From Callorhinchus milii (taxonomy: Eukaryota), in NCBI RefSeq assembly GCF_018977255.1, contig NW_024704742.1, positions 135,658,001 to 135,722,000 on the forward strand: a stretch of DNA of 64,000 nt, in the 5' to 3' direction. How positions within the stretch are numbered: position 1 is the first letter of the stretch; each line of letters begins with the position of its first letter. Position numbers and translations under genes: made by a program. Under the pieces are notes generated by a model. The model searched no databases and had not been told where the DNA came from. It worked only from the letters and a program-made list of their open reading frames with translations. Shown piece after piece: positions 51,734 through 64,000 of the stretch.

Positions 51734-52060
51734 ATAATAATAATAATAATAATCCTTGCATTTGATATAGCGCTTTTCACGTCGGGAGGACGTCCCAAAG
51801 CGCTTCACAGAACACACTGTAAAGTGAATTGACTGTATATTTGTGGGCGAACGCTGCAGCCAATTGTGCACAACAATGTCCCACAAGCAGTCGTAGATTG
51901 AAAATGACCAATTTATTATTGTTTTTTTGTTTTGTAGGGATTATTATTTGGCTCTGTGTGGAGTAAGGAAACTTGCCCAAGGTTTCGCCCTCTGCCTGGA
52001 ATTGAACTCAGGTCTCTCGCTTGCAAAGCGAGTGCTCTAACCACTGAGCTACAGGACTCC
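51734..52060 (-). mobile_element. Young tRNA(Ala)-headed SINE in CR1 ORF2
   Basis: Full-length copy with a long (ATT)n tail. Confidence 0.92.
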
Positions 52061-52808
52061 ATGATCCAATTTTAGATGCTTTGATGTTCAAGTTTCTCCT
52101 CCTGTTTGGGTACAATTGAACCGGACATCAGTGCGTAATACTGCCCACAGTATTAAAGGGATAGTGGCAGCATGGATACCGAACTGGCTGGGAGACAGGA
52201 AGTAGAGTGGTGGTGAATGGTTGTTTTTCTGACTGGAGGGAAGTGTACAGTGATGTCCCCCAGGGATCAGTATTGGGACCACTGCTGTTTTTGATCTATA
52301 TAAATGACCTGGACTTGGGTACAGGGAGTACAATTTCCAAGTTTGCAGATCATACTAAGCTGGGAAAGTAGTAAACAGTGAGGAGGATAGCAGCAGACTG
52401 CAAATGGACATAGACAGACTGGTAAAATGGGCAGACACGTGGCAGATGAAGTTTAATGTGGAGAAATGTGAAGTGATGCAATTGGGAGGAAGACTAAGGA
52501 GAGGCAATATAGGCGAGGTTGTAGAATCTTAAAGGGGGTGAAGAAACAGAGAGATCTGGGGGTTTGTATAAGCAAATATTTGAAGGTGGCAGGACAGGTA
52601 GACAAAGCTGTTAAAAAAGCATAGAGGGTGCTAGGCTTTATAAATAGGGCACAGAATACAAGTCAGGAAGTTATGATGAACGTTTATAAAATACTGGTTA
52701 CGCCTCAGCTAGAGATTGTGTTCAGTTCTGGGCACCACACTTTAGGAAGGATGTCAAAGCAGTGGAAAAGGGTGCAAAGGGGATTTACCAGAATGGTACC
52801 AGGAACTT

Positions 52809-53105
52809 AATAATAAATAATAATAATCCTTGCATTTAATATAGCGCTTTTCACGTCTTCTAGCCGTCCCAAAGCGCTTCACAGAACACACTGTAAAGTG
52901 AATTGACTGTATATTTGTGGGCGAACGCGGCAGTCAATTGCGCACAGCAATGTCCCACAAACAGTCGTAGATTGAAAATGACCAATTTAATTATTGTTTT
53001 GTTTTGGAGGGATTATTATTAGGCTCTGTGTGGAGTAAGGAAACTTGCCCAAGGTTTCGCCCTCTGCCTGGAATTGAACCCAGGTCTCTCACTTGCAAAG
53101 CGAGA
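52809..53105 (-). mobile_element. Young SINE, 5'-truncated, in CR1 ORF2
   Basis: Same family; head ends at ...gcaaagcgag, where CR1 text gacttcagttatc resumes. Confidence 0.88.
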
Positions 53106-53574
53106 CTTCAGTTATCACGAGAGGCAAGAGAAACTGGGATTATTTTCCTTGGAGCAGAGATTAAGAGGAGATTTAAGAGATTTTTCAAAATTATAAGGGG
53201 ATTTGATAGAGTGAACAGGAGAAACTATTTCCACTGGCGGGTGGGTCGGTAACTCGAGGACACCAATTTAAAATAGTTGTTAAAAGAAACAAAGGGGAGG
53301 TGAGGAGAAATTTTTTAAACATAGCGAGTTGTTCGGATCTGGAATTCATTGCATGAAAGAGTGGTGGAAGCCGATTCGATAACAACTTTTAAGAGAGAAG
53401 CAGATAATTATTTGGGGAGGACAAGTTTGCCGGGCTATGGGGAGAGAGTGGGGGAGTGGGATTGATTTAGATAGCTATTTTTAAAGAGCCGACACAGACA
53501 CGATGGGCTGAATCACCTCCTTCTGTGCTGTATAATTCTATAATTTTATGAAAGCTAGCAGAGGGCTGATGCAC

Positions 53575-53900
53575 ACAACAGCAAATTACATTTATATATA
53601 GCGCTTTTCACATCGAAAGGATGTCCCAAGGCGCTGGACTGTGAAGGATATGCACCTGAGCTGAGGGTTGGGGTTCAGGAGTGCTGGAGGGCAAGGGGGC
53701 GTGGGGATGAAAGAGTGACTGGCGGCATGACCAAAGAGGAAGATCTTGAGATGGGCCTTGAAGGTGGCAAGGGAGGGGCACAGGTGGAGGGGCTCTTGGA
53801 TGGAGTTCCAGAGGGTAGGGGCAGAGAGGTTGAAGGCCAGACCGCCGATTGTAGGGCGGGAAGAGCAGGGGTTGTGGAGCAGACCAGTACCCCTGAGCTA
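53575..53900 (-). mobile_element. L2 3' fragment
   Basis: Matches the other L2 tails. Confidence 0.75.
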
Positions 53901-55685
53901 AGCGAGCGGGCATTGGTACGATATGTGAAATCAAGGATTCACTGTGATTGACTGAGCAGGGAAAGTGTTTACCTGAATGTGAGTTGAACCGTTTTATCTC
54001 ATCCTTAAAGAACGACTGCCCTAGTTTCAACTACAGCTTCGAGCAGCAAGTTCCACATTCTCACCACCCTCTGCATGACAGTTATTCCTAAACTCTATTT
54101 TAGATCTGTCACTTCCTATTTTATATTCATAGCCCTGAACTTCTGGACTCAGTAATAAGTGAAAATAGCCTATTAATGTCCACTTTATATAATATTCTTA
54201 ACCATCCCATAATTACAGAGGGTGTAGCGAAACAATAAGGAATTTACAACACAAATAAATGAGTTGTTTTTTGCATTATTAAATGTTTCGTTATGAAGGA
54301 GCTATGTCCAGTTTGACATTAGCAACAGTTGTAAACAAAGGGGTCTATTCCTAGTCATTACCTTGCCCGTAGTTTTAAATAGTAACCGGATCGATTAGAT
54401 GTGATTTGTGAATGATAAATGTGACTTATGTCAATGGCAGCAAACAAGGAAACAAAAAAGAGTGACGCATTTTACAATTCTGTGAGTGCACACTAATAAA
54501 CATAAGAACATAAGAATTGCTGGTCAAAAGAAGACCAAAGTCCATCCAGTTCACCTTCCACCATCCTGCTAGTTACTTGACATGTCACGTCCCAAACTAT
54601 ATACTGTATCCCACAATAATAAGAAAAGGGTGATGTCTCCAAGTGCTTGACAGTCACTCCTGTGACCATTGATCCTGTGGGGATACTGATCATGGGCCAA
54701 TATCTTTTGATTGTCCCTAGTGCTAGGGGGAAGACTGTTCCAGTGCAATAAAAGTGCTATAAAAGTGCAAGTTGTTGTTGTTGTATTCCCTTCTTCCTCA
54801 CGTACGCATCAAGTTTCCTCTTAAATACATTCATTTTTTTTTTGACACAACCACAGCTTCCGGCAGTGACTCACCGCATTCTAACCGTTCTCTGTGTGAA
54901 GAAGTTCCTCCTAAACCCCCTGTCGGATCCGTTACTAATTAACTTATATTTATGCACCCTCTAGTTTTGGACTCACAAATAAGTAGAAACTACCTATTAA
55001 TGCCCACCTGATCAGATCCTTTCAATAACCTTAAATCACTCAATTGAGAGGTAGAAAATGCCAGATAATACCGTCCGTTTGTTCATGAGGTATTGCTATG
55101 TTCAAATTTGGCTGCCGTGTTTGCCTGCAAGTAAATAGACACTGCACTTTTCAAGAAATAACTCTGTGAAGCACTGTATCAAATGCAAATGATAATCCTC
55201 GGGATTGATAGTGTCTTATTACGTCGTTGAAACATCTCAAAGTACTTCAAAGGAATTAAAATCATCTTTACATTTGGTACCACCTCTTCTAGGTCAAGAG
55301 ATCTCAACTTCACAACAACTACAATCTTATGTTTTATATATTGCTTTGTACGTTGTGAGGATTTACTGTAAAACGTAATGACTGTATTTTCTGGACAAAC
55401 GTCGCAACCAATTTCTGCACAGCAATGTCCCACAAACGGCGATGAATTAAATGCGGGTCATTGCTGTGTACAAAATTTCCTACCACATTCACCCACAAAA
55501 CTGCAGTTACTGTATATCTTTTCACCTATAAAATGTACAGTCAATTCACTTCACAGTATATTCTGTGAAGCACTTTGAGACGTCTCGAAGAGGTGATAAG
55601 GTGCTATAACAAATTCAAGGATTATTAGGATTATTATTAATATTATCTTGCAAAGTTATATTTTAATTCTCAGATACATGCTTAC

Positions 55686-55797
55686 CTCAATAAAGTGACA
55701 CCTCAGTGTGATCAATCCCTTCTGGATAAACTTTTTCTCAAGGGTTAGTTCACAGTCTCTAGGAGCTCTCTGACCTGGGTGACTATATAGCCAAACA
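55686..55797 (-). promoter_or_regulatory. Candidate promoter and non-coding first exon of the bicupin gene
   Basis: Minus strand: forkhead-like TGTTTGGC, TATATAG (55789-55783), then about 70 nt without ATG ending in a strong donor GAG|GTAAGC at 55686. Coding exon 1 has its own acceptor, so an upstream exon is needed. Confidence 0.45.
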
Positions 55798-56049
55798 CTG
55801 TTGGCTCCAGTGAATGGATTGTCACTGTGGCTACTTATTATAGATTGCAATTGAATACAGATTTAGTAACAGTGAAAACTGTTGAGACACTTGTGGCGTA
55901 ACCACTGAAGTCATGAACTAGGTTACCAGGAAAAGGTTTAATTTGTAAAGCGAAGAAACTAAGAACGCAGCGTAGGTTGATCAGAATGTTGGATAAGTGT
56001 GAGGAAATGGAAATTGTTGACTAAGCTCTTCATTTCCTCTTCCCTCTAA

Positions 56050-56475
56050 GTCTCCACTGGCTCCCTATCACCAATCGGATCGATTTCAAGATCCTCTCAC
56101 ACTCATCTTCAAATCCCTTCATTGCCTGGCACCTCCCTACCTCTCAGACCTGCTTACTCCCCAACTCTCCACCCGCAACCCACTGAGTCTGCTTGGCTGG
56201 CTCCGGCCTCCCACTTGTCCCTCATGCCCTCCGTTCCACCATTGCTGACTGTACTTTCAGCCACTATGCCCTGAAGCACTGGAACACTCTTCCTCTATCC
56301 CTCCATCTTGCCCCTTCCTTGCCATCTGCAGGTTGCACTTGAAGACCTTCCTCTTCGACTTTGCCTAGGTTGCCTACCCCCTCCCCCTTGCTCGGTATCA
56401 TGCTCCGCCACTGTTAAGCGCTCTGGAATGCTGCCCTGCATGAGGGGCACTACATAAATGCAAGTAGTTGTTGTT
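56050..56475 (+). mobile_element. L2 3' fragment
   Basis: ctccactggctccctatc...gatttcaagatcctc (LHWLPI..RIDFKIL) through the aaatgcaagtagttgttgttg tail. Confidence 0.85.
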
Positions 56476-58867
56476 GGAAATTCAAGTTGTTGTTACTGTT
56501 GTTGAAAGTTTTGGTGCAATTCTCTGGAGCTGAGCAGTTTGGTGTGGGGGGGGGGGTGGGCGAGGTGGGGGCAACTATAACGATTAGGACAACTTGGGTG
56601 TTGTACCAGAGGGCAACTCAAAGAGTAGACACCAGGGGCAGTGAGGCCAGACCTGGGGCAGAGAGGTGTATGCCAGGGAGAGAGAATTAGATTTGCAACT
56701 TCTCCCTTCCTAGAATCATAGAAATTTACCACAAAGAAAGGGGACCATTTGGCCCATCGAATCTGCACCAAGTCTCAGAGCGAGTTGCTCATTCCCGTAG
56801 TATAGTGGTTAGTGCCTTAAAAGCGAGAGGACCTGGGTTCGATTCCAGGGAAGGGTGAAACCCTTGGCAGGTTTCCTTACTCCATACATCTCTGTTTACC
56901 TAGGAGTAAGTAGGAACCCAGTTGTTTGGCTTCGATTGATGGATTGCTTTCCATTGGTAATATTCTAACCATTCTGCGTGAAAAATTCTCTTAACTTCCC
57001 CATTTGCTCGTTTACTAACTGTCTTAAATTGACTCACGAACCATGGAAATAATGTCTCCTTATTGACTCTATCAAATTCCCTCATCACTTTAAAGACCTC
57101 GATCAGGCCACCCCTCAATCTTCTTTGTTCCAGCAGAAAAAGTGAGTCCCATGGCATAGTAGTCAGCTGGCTCACCTCGTAAGCGAGAGGACCTGGGTTC
57201 GATTCCCGCGTGGGGTGAAACTTCAGTCATGTTTCCATACTCAAAACGACTTTGTTTACCTACAAATAAGTAGGTTGTTAGTTGATTGGCGGATCATTTT
57301 CCAGGGGTAATAATCTCTCTCTTCTCCCAAAAAAATGTGGTCACTCACTCCACGACGGTTTGTCGGACGCTGCTGTGTGCAATTGGCTGCCGTGTTTTGC
57401 CCATAAAATACACAGTTAATCTACTTTACAGTATATTCTGTGGAGTACTTTGAGATGTCTCAACAACATGATAAGGTGCAATATCAAATGCAAAATATTA
57501 TGATGAATATTATTATAGAGAGCCCCAGTTCCTCCAGTCTCTGCTCAAAAGCTAAACTATTCATCTCCAGTAAATCTTCTCTGCACCCACTCTATTGCCT
57601 TACATTTATATTTGGCCGTTTTGCAATATAAATTACGGGTGGGGGGCACGAAGAGACTGGAACTGAAACAGCCTAGGATGAGTTGGTCTTGATGCTCAAT
57701 CAAAATGATATTTAAAAGCAGAAGCATCTTCACGTGACAGCTTGAAATTGCTGAGCACAAACTGACTGCTACATTTGCCTGCAAAATACATAGTCCCTTC
57801 TCTTCAATTCCCTAAGCAATTTCCATAAAGTCATATAGCGTAGTGATTAAAGCTCTCGCCTTGCAAGCAAGAGAACCTGGGTTAATAACCCTGGAAAAGA
57901 TTTGCTTCAAATATCGCTTAAATAATCGCTTCAAAAATTAATAATTAACTGTTTAGGATGAGCGCAGTGCAACAATGTCTGACACCAGTAACTTCCTCCT
58001 CACTCCATCATGTTACACAAGATATTGCACCGAGCATGGTTGACAGATCATTATCTGCCATGCAGAGGATGGTGCTCACACACTCACATACACCAATCCT
58101 CCTGGACATCTCAATACAGTTAAACGCTTGTGCTAAATACAATGAAGCACTTATAAATGGTTAGAGTGCTCGCCTCGTAAGCGACTCCCAGAGAGCTTGT
58201 GTCAAATAAGGCTCATGGTTTCTAACGTGCAATATTTCTTAACCTTGACGTTCGCCTGGCTCAGTCGGTACAACTCTCACCTCATTGAGTCAAAAGGTTG
58301 TGGGTTCAAGCCACAACATTAGGATGTTGAATCCAGGTTGACCCTCCGGTGCAGTGTTGCGCTGGGAGAGTGGTGCATTGTCAGAGGTGCTGTCGTTAGA
58401 ATAGTGCACTGGACAGTAATATCCTGCAAAGGGCTTTTGAGTTACTTCAACTTCACAGAGGTTGAGCGAGTGCCCACACCACCACACCAGGCGAGTTTCA
58501 AATATTTTTACCTCTGCCTTCTGGAACTCTCCCTCTAAATCTCTCCATTTTACATCCCGCCACCCCAAGCCACCTCACCCTTATCCCTATTTTCAAAAAC
58601 CCATCTAGTGAAGTCACCGTGGTGTAATGGTTTGAATCCTGGTCCGTGCTGAGTTTGCTGGTCTCAACCAGGCTACACGCAGAGGGTAAGTGGGCTTCAG
58701 ACTTCCTTGGCGTTCAGACAGGAAGCAGAGAAACATGCAGAACTAGAAAAGTACGGGGACACACTAAACTTCAGCAGTTACCCAAACAAACTCAGTGACT
58801 CCCTGAGACTTTGCCCTTGTCAAACTATGCTAATACTGTCCAGAATTAGGTGGGCAGGGTTCATCCC

Positions 58868-58935
58868 TCCAGAGAGATAAAGAGCGATCCAGAGAGATAG
58901 AGAGCATTCCAGAGAGACAGAGAGCATTCCAGACA
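58868..58935 (+). repeat. Minisatellite, about 3.5 copies of a 20-bp unit (ccagagagatagagagcatt)
   Basis: Directly visible tandem units. Confidence 0.85.
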
Positions 58936-59394
58936 CGGGAAATTTGTGGGTGGCATGCGTGTGTTTTGCCCTCAAAATACACAGTCACGACACTTTATAT
59001 ATACTCCGTGAAACGCATTGAGATGTCAACAATGTAATAGGTCACTATTAAATGCAAGGATTATTATTACTATTACTATTATTATTATGTGGAGCTCTGT
59101 CTGGTTTGGATTATTAGGCACGGCAATGGGCTGCTACATGAATCAAGGCATCTGATTTAGCAATAAAAATTCCTGGCAGAAACCAGGACAAGTTTTTCTG
59201 CTCTGTCAAGTCAGTTGGTGTAGCTTTGAAGCGAGAAGTAGACAAGAATCTGAGAGAGAGGAGCTTGAAGGAATGTGGGGATAAAGCGGGCAGTGGGATT
59301 GAATTGATCTCCTTACTCTCTGACCCGGTGCAGACTCAATGGGTTGAATGGCCTCCTTCTACACTGTAGATTTCTACGTTTCAAATCCCTTCCT

Positions 59395-60114
59395 GGGGAA
59401 CGAAAAGGACCTGGGGATCCTGATTGACAATAAATCGAAGCTATCGCAGCAGTACTCGGTAGCAGTGAGTATGGCAAGCCAGATGCTGGGCTGTATTAAA
59501 AGGGCAATATTGACCTGAAGTAGTGGAATAATCCGGCCACTTTATAAATCACTGTTGTGACTGCATGTGGGATATTATGTACAGTTCTGGTCGCAGTAGC
59601 ACAAAAAAATATTGCGGTGATTGACAGGATACAGAGGAGGGTAACGAAAATGATCGAGGGGATGGACTATGAGGAGCGATTGAGTAAACTGGGCATGTTC
59701 ACACTTGAGAAGAGAAGGTTGAGGGGAGATATGATAGCGTTTTTCACGATTCTTAAAGGAACTGGACAATGTAGGCCATGATCAGCTGTTTTATCCTGTA
59801 CTGAACAGTAGAACTAGAGACACCCAACGCGATTGAGGGGGGAAATTCAAAACAAATCTGCGCAAACGCTATTTCAGTGACCAAGTAATAAATATATGGA
59901 ACAAGCTCCCTAGGGGAATAGTGGAAGCAGAAAGTATTGATTCTTTCAGAAGTAAATTATATAGATTTCTTTTAGGAAATAATATCTTTGGGATACAGTG
60001 TACAATTTGGGACACGACATGTCAAGCGACTGCCAGGATGGTGGAAAGCGAATTGGATGGACCTTCTCTCATTTAGCAAATTCTTATGTTCTTACGTTCT
60101 ACATTCCTATGTTC
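59395..60114 (+). mobile_element. CR1 LINE 3' part (different subfamily) with a ttcttatg-type tail
   Basis: EKDLGILID, IQRRVTKMI, LEKRRLRGDMI; the same tail family is inverted at 7295-7370 and 54500-54570. Confidence 0.9.
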
Positions 60115-60390
60115 TCCGAGCTGCTTCTCCGGTTATTCCCTGCGCTGAGGAATCTGGGCTCCTCCCTGAGGGGGAAATGCTTGGAATCGTGGAGTGAGAG
60201 AGAAATATTTTGGGTTCAGAGTGTGAGCAGCTTTCAGCGTAGACACCTCTGTTGTGGGTGTTTCCCCATTGTTTAATAACCTCTTCTCTCGTGAGTCACA
60301 GCCGCCCACGACACACACAGCCACGTTCCCAGCTGCTGCTCACTGCTCCACATTCTTAATGATAAATATTCCTCGCATTTCAAAATGTCT
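60074..60390 (-). repeat. 317-bp block, inverted near-identical copy of 14050-14366
   Basis: Direct comparison. Confidence 0.95.
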
Positions 60391-63160
60391 CAAACAGTTC
60401 CAGGAAATTTTACATAGAGATTGTGTATCATAATAATAATCCTTACATCATATATCCATTGCAAGGATTATTATTGTTAATGTGGAACCTACAACCTCCT
60501 GATTCAGAGGTGAGAGCCCGACTGACTGAGTCAGGCTGCAAGTTGCTGCTTTGTTGTGGTTCATTTATTTAGGGTTAGGGAACTAGACAGGTACATGAAG
60601 GATAGAGCCTTGAAAGGTTATGGGGACAGGACGGGGCAGTGGGATTGAATGATCACCTTTCTCTGAGAGCCAGTACAGACCTGATGGGCTGAATGGCCTC
60701 CTCCTGCACTGTAAATTTCTATGATTCTATTAGATGGACTTGGACGTACATTCCAGTCACTGGGGCTGAGCTTCCTCCACTTCCTGTTAACCCTGTTAAT
60801 AATCCTTGCATTTGTTATTTGATATAGCGCCTTATCACATTGTTCAGACGTCTCAAAGCGCTTCACAGAATATACCGTAAAGAGGTATATGTTTGTGGGC
60901 GAAATGCAGCAGCCAATTGCGCACAGCAGTGTCCCACAAACAGTTGTGGAATGAGTGACCAAATTATTATTATCCCCAGAAAAGCGATTCTCCAATCGAC
61001 TAAGAACCAGGTTCCTACTTACTGCCACGTAAATAGAGTCGTGTGGAGTAAGGAAACCTGCCTAAGGTTTTTCCCTGCCCAGGAATCGAACCCAAAGCTC
61101 TCTATTGCGGGACAAGCGCACTAACCACTACACTACAGGCCGCTACAGATTGTGTGTCAGTCTGGCTGAGCCTCTGAGTCAGAGGTTGTGGGTTCAAGCC
61201 CACATCATCATTTGAAATCATTTGACACTCAGCTGACCTTCCAATGCAGTGTTGGGGGATGTGCTGCATTGTCGGAAGTGGCGTCCTTCGGATGAGATGA
61301 TTATTATTATTATTAGTTATATTATTATGATGATGGTGATGATTAAGATCCAGTGAGACTAATCGAAAAGAGAAGGGAATCTCTCCCTGTGTTATTGGAT
61401 CAATGACTCCCATCACGGTCTCTAACATGCAATATTTCTTAACCTCGGCATCAGCCTGGCTCAGTTGATAGCCCGCTTATCTCTGAGTCAGAAACTTGTG
61501 GGTTCAACCCCTGACATTGGGATGTTTAATTCATATTGTCCAGGCTGACATTCTCATGAAAGAGTGACAGGAACCAGTCAGGACCTAGATTTAATGTCTC
61601 ATCTGAAGTACAGCACGTTTCAAAGAGCTGGCACAGGTACAGGAACAGGCATGATGGGCTGAATGGCCTCCTTCAGTGCTTTAAAATTCTGTGACTCTAT
61701 TGTATTCCCGCCCTACCCCAGAGCAATGTATTGGTATATTAGCCTAGTGAGCTCAAAGTTCGAATGTTTATCTTGCAGTATCTAGGAATCCGTTCATTAG
61801 TCGTTTGGTGGATCACTTTCCAGGGGGTAAAAATCCCTTCCAAGATAAATGTGGTCAATCAAATCCACAACTGTTTATGGGACACTGCTGTGCACAATTG
61901 GCTGCTATGTCCACAGTCCACAGTCAATTCACTTTACAATAAATTTTTCCTGATGTACTACGCTGCCTTTTAAACTTCACCCAGTCTGGTTTAGGGTTGA
62001 GACCGGCTGTGAAAAACTGTCGAATGTTGATTGGGGAACTGACCGAGAATAGAGATAATCATGACAGCAGCCCAACACAAACAGAGTGAGAGCTTGACAG
62101 CAGTTTTGAAATCGGAGGAACAGGAGAGGAATGACCAGAATAAACATGCTATTAAAGTTAGTTACCAATACAATAATAATAGATGAGAATTTCGGGAACT
62201 CAGTGCTGAAAGGATAAGCTCCCAGACAGATAGCAACTGCCAGCGGGTAAAACTAACAAAGGGAATTGGCAAGTTGGATAGTTGGCAACTCTTAATAACA
62301 ATCCTTGCATTTCATATTAGCTTATCACTCATCGAAAAGTCTCAAAGGGCTTAGAATCATAGAATCTTACAGCACAGAAGGAGGCCATTCAGCACATCGC
62401 GCTTGTGCCAGCTCTTTGAAAGAGCTACCAACTAGTCCCACTCCCTTACCCCATAACCCTGCGTGTTTTCCCTTTTTCAATATCTATCCAATTCCCTTTT
62501 GAAAGCTACTATTGAATCATGCTCCCCCACCTTTTCAGCAGTGCAATGCAGATCATAACAACTCTCTGGGTAAAAAAAAATGTCTCCTCGTCTCCCCTCT
62601 GGTTCTATTAATTCTATTAAATCTGTGTCCTTTGGTTACCGACCCATCTGCCAGTGGAAACGGTTTGTCCCTATCCGATCTACCAAAACCCCTCATAATT
62701 TTGAACAGTGGATGAACGTAGCAGGCAATTTAGGCACAGCAGTGTCCAACAAACAGCCAGTTTATAAAAGAGCTAAGTTTATATAAGAGATACCTGGGGA
62801 GCAAGTGATTGTTATGGAGAAAATGTGGAAAAATGGGATTAAAAGATCTGCCGTGATCCAATAAACCTTAGAACAGACTCGATGGGTTGAATGAACTCCT
62901 CCTGTTCCTATGATTAGCATTACCAAAGATTACGGTACAAGTTGCAGGAACAATTTAAATTCTTGTCTTGTGAAACATGAGANTTTTTTTAAACGTAATG
63001 AAGGAAATGGTACACACTGTAAAATGGTGACTAATCAAAGATAAACGTACATAATAATAAAGATATTGCTCCAAGTGATGTGTGTCAGGCTGGCTCAGGT
63101 CGTACGCACATTCACCTCTGGGTAATATCATCTGCAGCCACAGGGTAAATTTCCACATCA

Positions 63161-63420
63161 TAATAATAATAATCCTTGGATTTGATATAGCGCCTTTCAC
63201 GTCTTCTAGACCTCTCAAAGTGCTTCACAGAATATGCTGTAAAGTGAATTGACTATATATTTGTGGGCGAAACACGGCAGCCAATTGCGCATAGCAGTGT
63301 CCCATAAACAGTTGTGGATTGAAAATGACCAATTTTTTTTTTGAGGGATTATTATTAGGCGTGTGGAGTAAGGAAATTTGCCAAAGGTTTCGCCCTGCCT
63401 GGAATTGAACCCAGGTGTCT
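63161..63420 (-). mobile_element. Short-form SINE, 5'-truncated
   Basis: Same family as 44858-45180. Confidence 0.85.
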
Positions 63421-63427
63421 TGCTGTG

Positions 63428-64000
63428 TCACGTATGCGGATGACACATAAATCTACTTTGCCTCCTCCATTACCAACCTCAGGTCCGCCGATGCTCTATC
63501 AGCTTGTCTGGCCGACATCAGGGCCTTGATAAGTGTAAACTTCCTGCAGCTGAATGTGGACAAAATGGAATCCATACGCCTTCTTCCAACGTCTTCAATC
63601 CTGTGGATCTGAACTCCTCATCCTGCCTGGACTCTCTCTCACACTCACCGAACCAGTGCGCATCCTAGGCATCCGGTTCGACCCCCAGCTGTCCTTCCTC
63701 CCACATCAGGTCCCTGACCAGGACTGCTTTCTTACACCTCCGCCCCATTGCCCACCCCTGACCGTAACTTACCTCAAATACAGCCGAAACCCTCATGAGT
63801 TTGTCACCTCCCGCCTAGATTACTCCAACGCACTCCTTGCTGGTCTCCCCAACTCCACTATTCAAAAGATCCAGTTCATTCAGAACTTTGCCGCCCGCAT
63901 ACTGACCCGGACCAAACTCCATACTCACATCTCACCAGTTCTGGCCCAGGCTCCACTGGCTCCCCATCACCGAATGGATCGACTTCAAGATCCTCAGACT
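63428..64000 (+). mobile_element. L2 LINE RT C-terminal fragment running off the window
   Basis: YADDT, NFLQLNVDK, FVTSRLDYSNALLAGLP, LHWLPI. Confidence 0.88.

Larger units (their letters stand above)
49370..53550 (+). mobile_element. Long decayed CR1 LINE: ORF1 (Zn finger/leucine zipper plus SGNH esterase-like), internal deletion, ORF2 RT, 3' UTR; three nested SINEs
   Basis: ACTMYAMWE...[70 protein letters not shown]. No endonuclease domain is visible near 50670. Confidence 0.92.

Noticed and set aside
58868..58935. Short regularly spaced repeats (CRISPR-like?)
   Set aside because: Contiguous tandem units without unique spacers, in eukaryotic DNA with no cas genes.
62983..62983. Single ambiguous base n beside a T run
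   Set aside because: Assembly artefact, noted only as a reminder that single-base errors may also explain the exon 2 frame break.

Overview
Repeat-dense vertebrate genomic DNA. The mix of Deu-core tRNA-SINEs, L2 and CR1 LINEs suggests a cartilaginous fish, possibly a chimaera (inference). Nearly all ORFs in the track are decayed LINE/SINE or microsatellite translations. One real spliced gene can be built by hand on the minus strand: nine coding exons from 47493 to 37929, all with GT-AG introns, plus a candidate non-coding first exon and TATA near 55.7 kb. It encodes a bicupin of the oxalate decarboxylase/germin/spherulin type with both H-x-H-x4-E...H metal sites intact, preceded by a short N-terminal tail and a type II transmembrane helix. 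The membrane-anchor frame and the cupin frame differ by -1 inside exon 2. The anchor frame ends in a canonical slippery heptamer, C_CCA_AAU, followed directly by UGA. An alternative donor 7 nt into the CDS would instead give an in-frame, anchor-less enzyme. Programmed frameshifting, alternative splicing and a simple 1-bp indel or assembly error cannot be separated from sequence alone. Other points are a 317-bp inverted near-identical duplication 46 kb apart, SINE subfamily evolution by internal deletion, a SINE-derived 24-bp hairpin and orphan splice signals at 8.5-11 kb.
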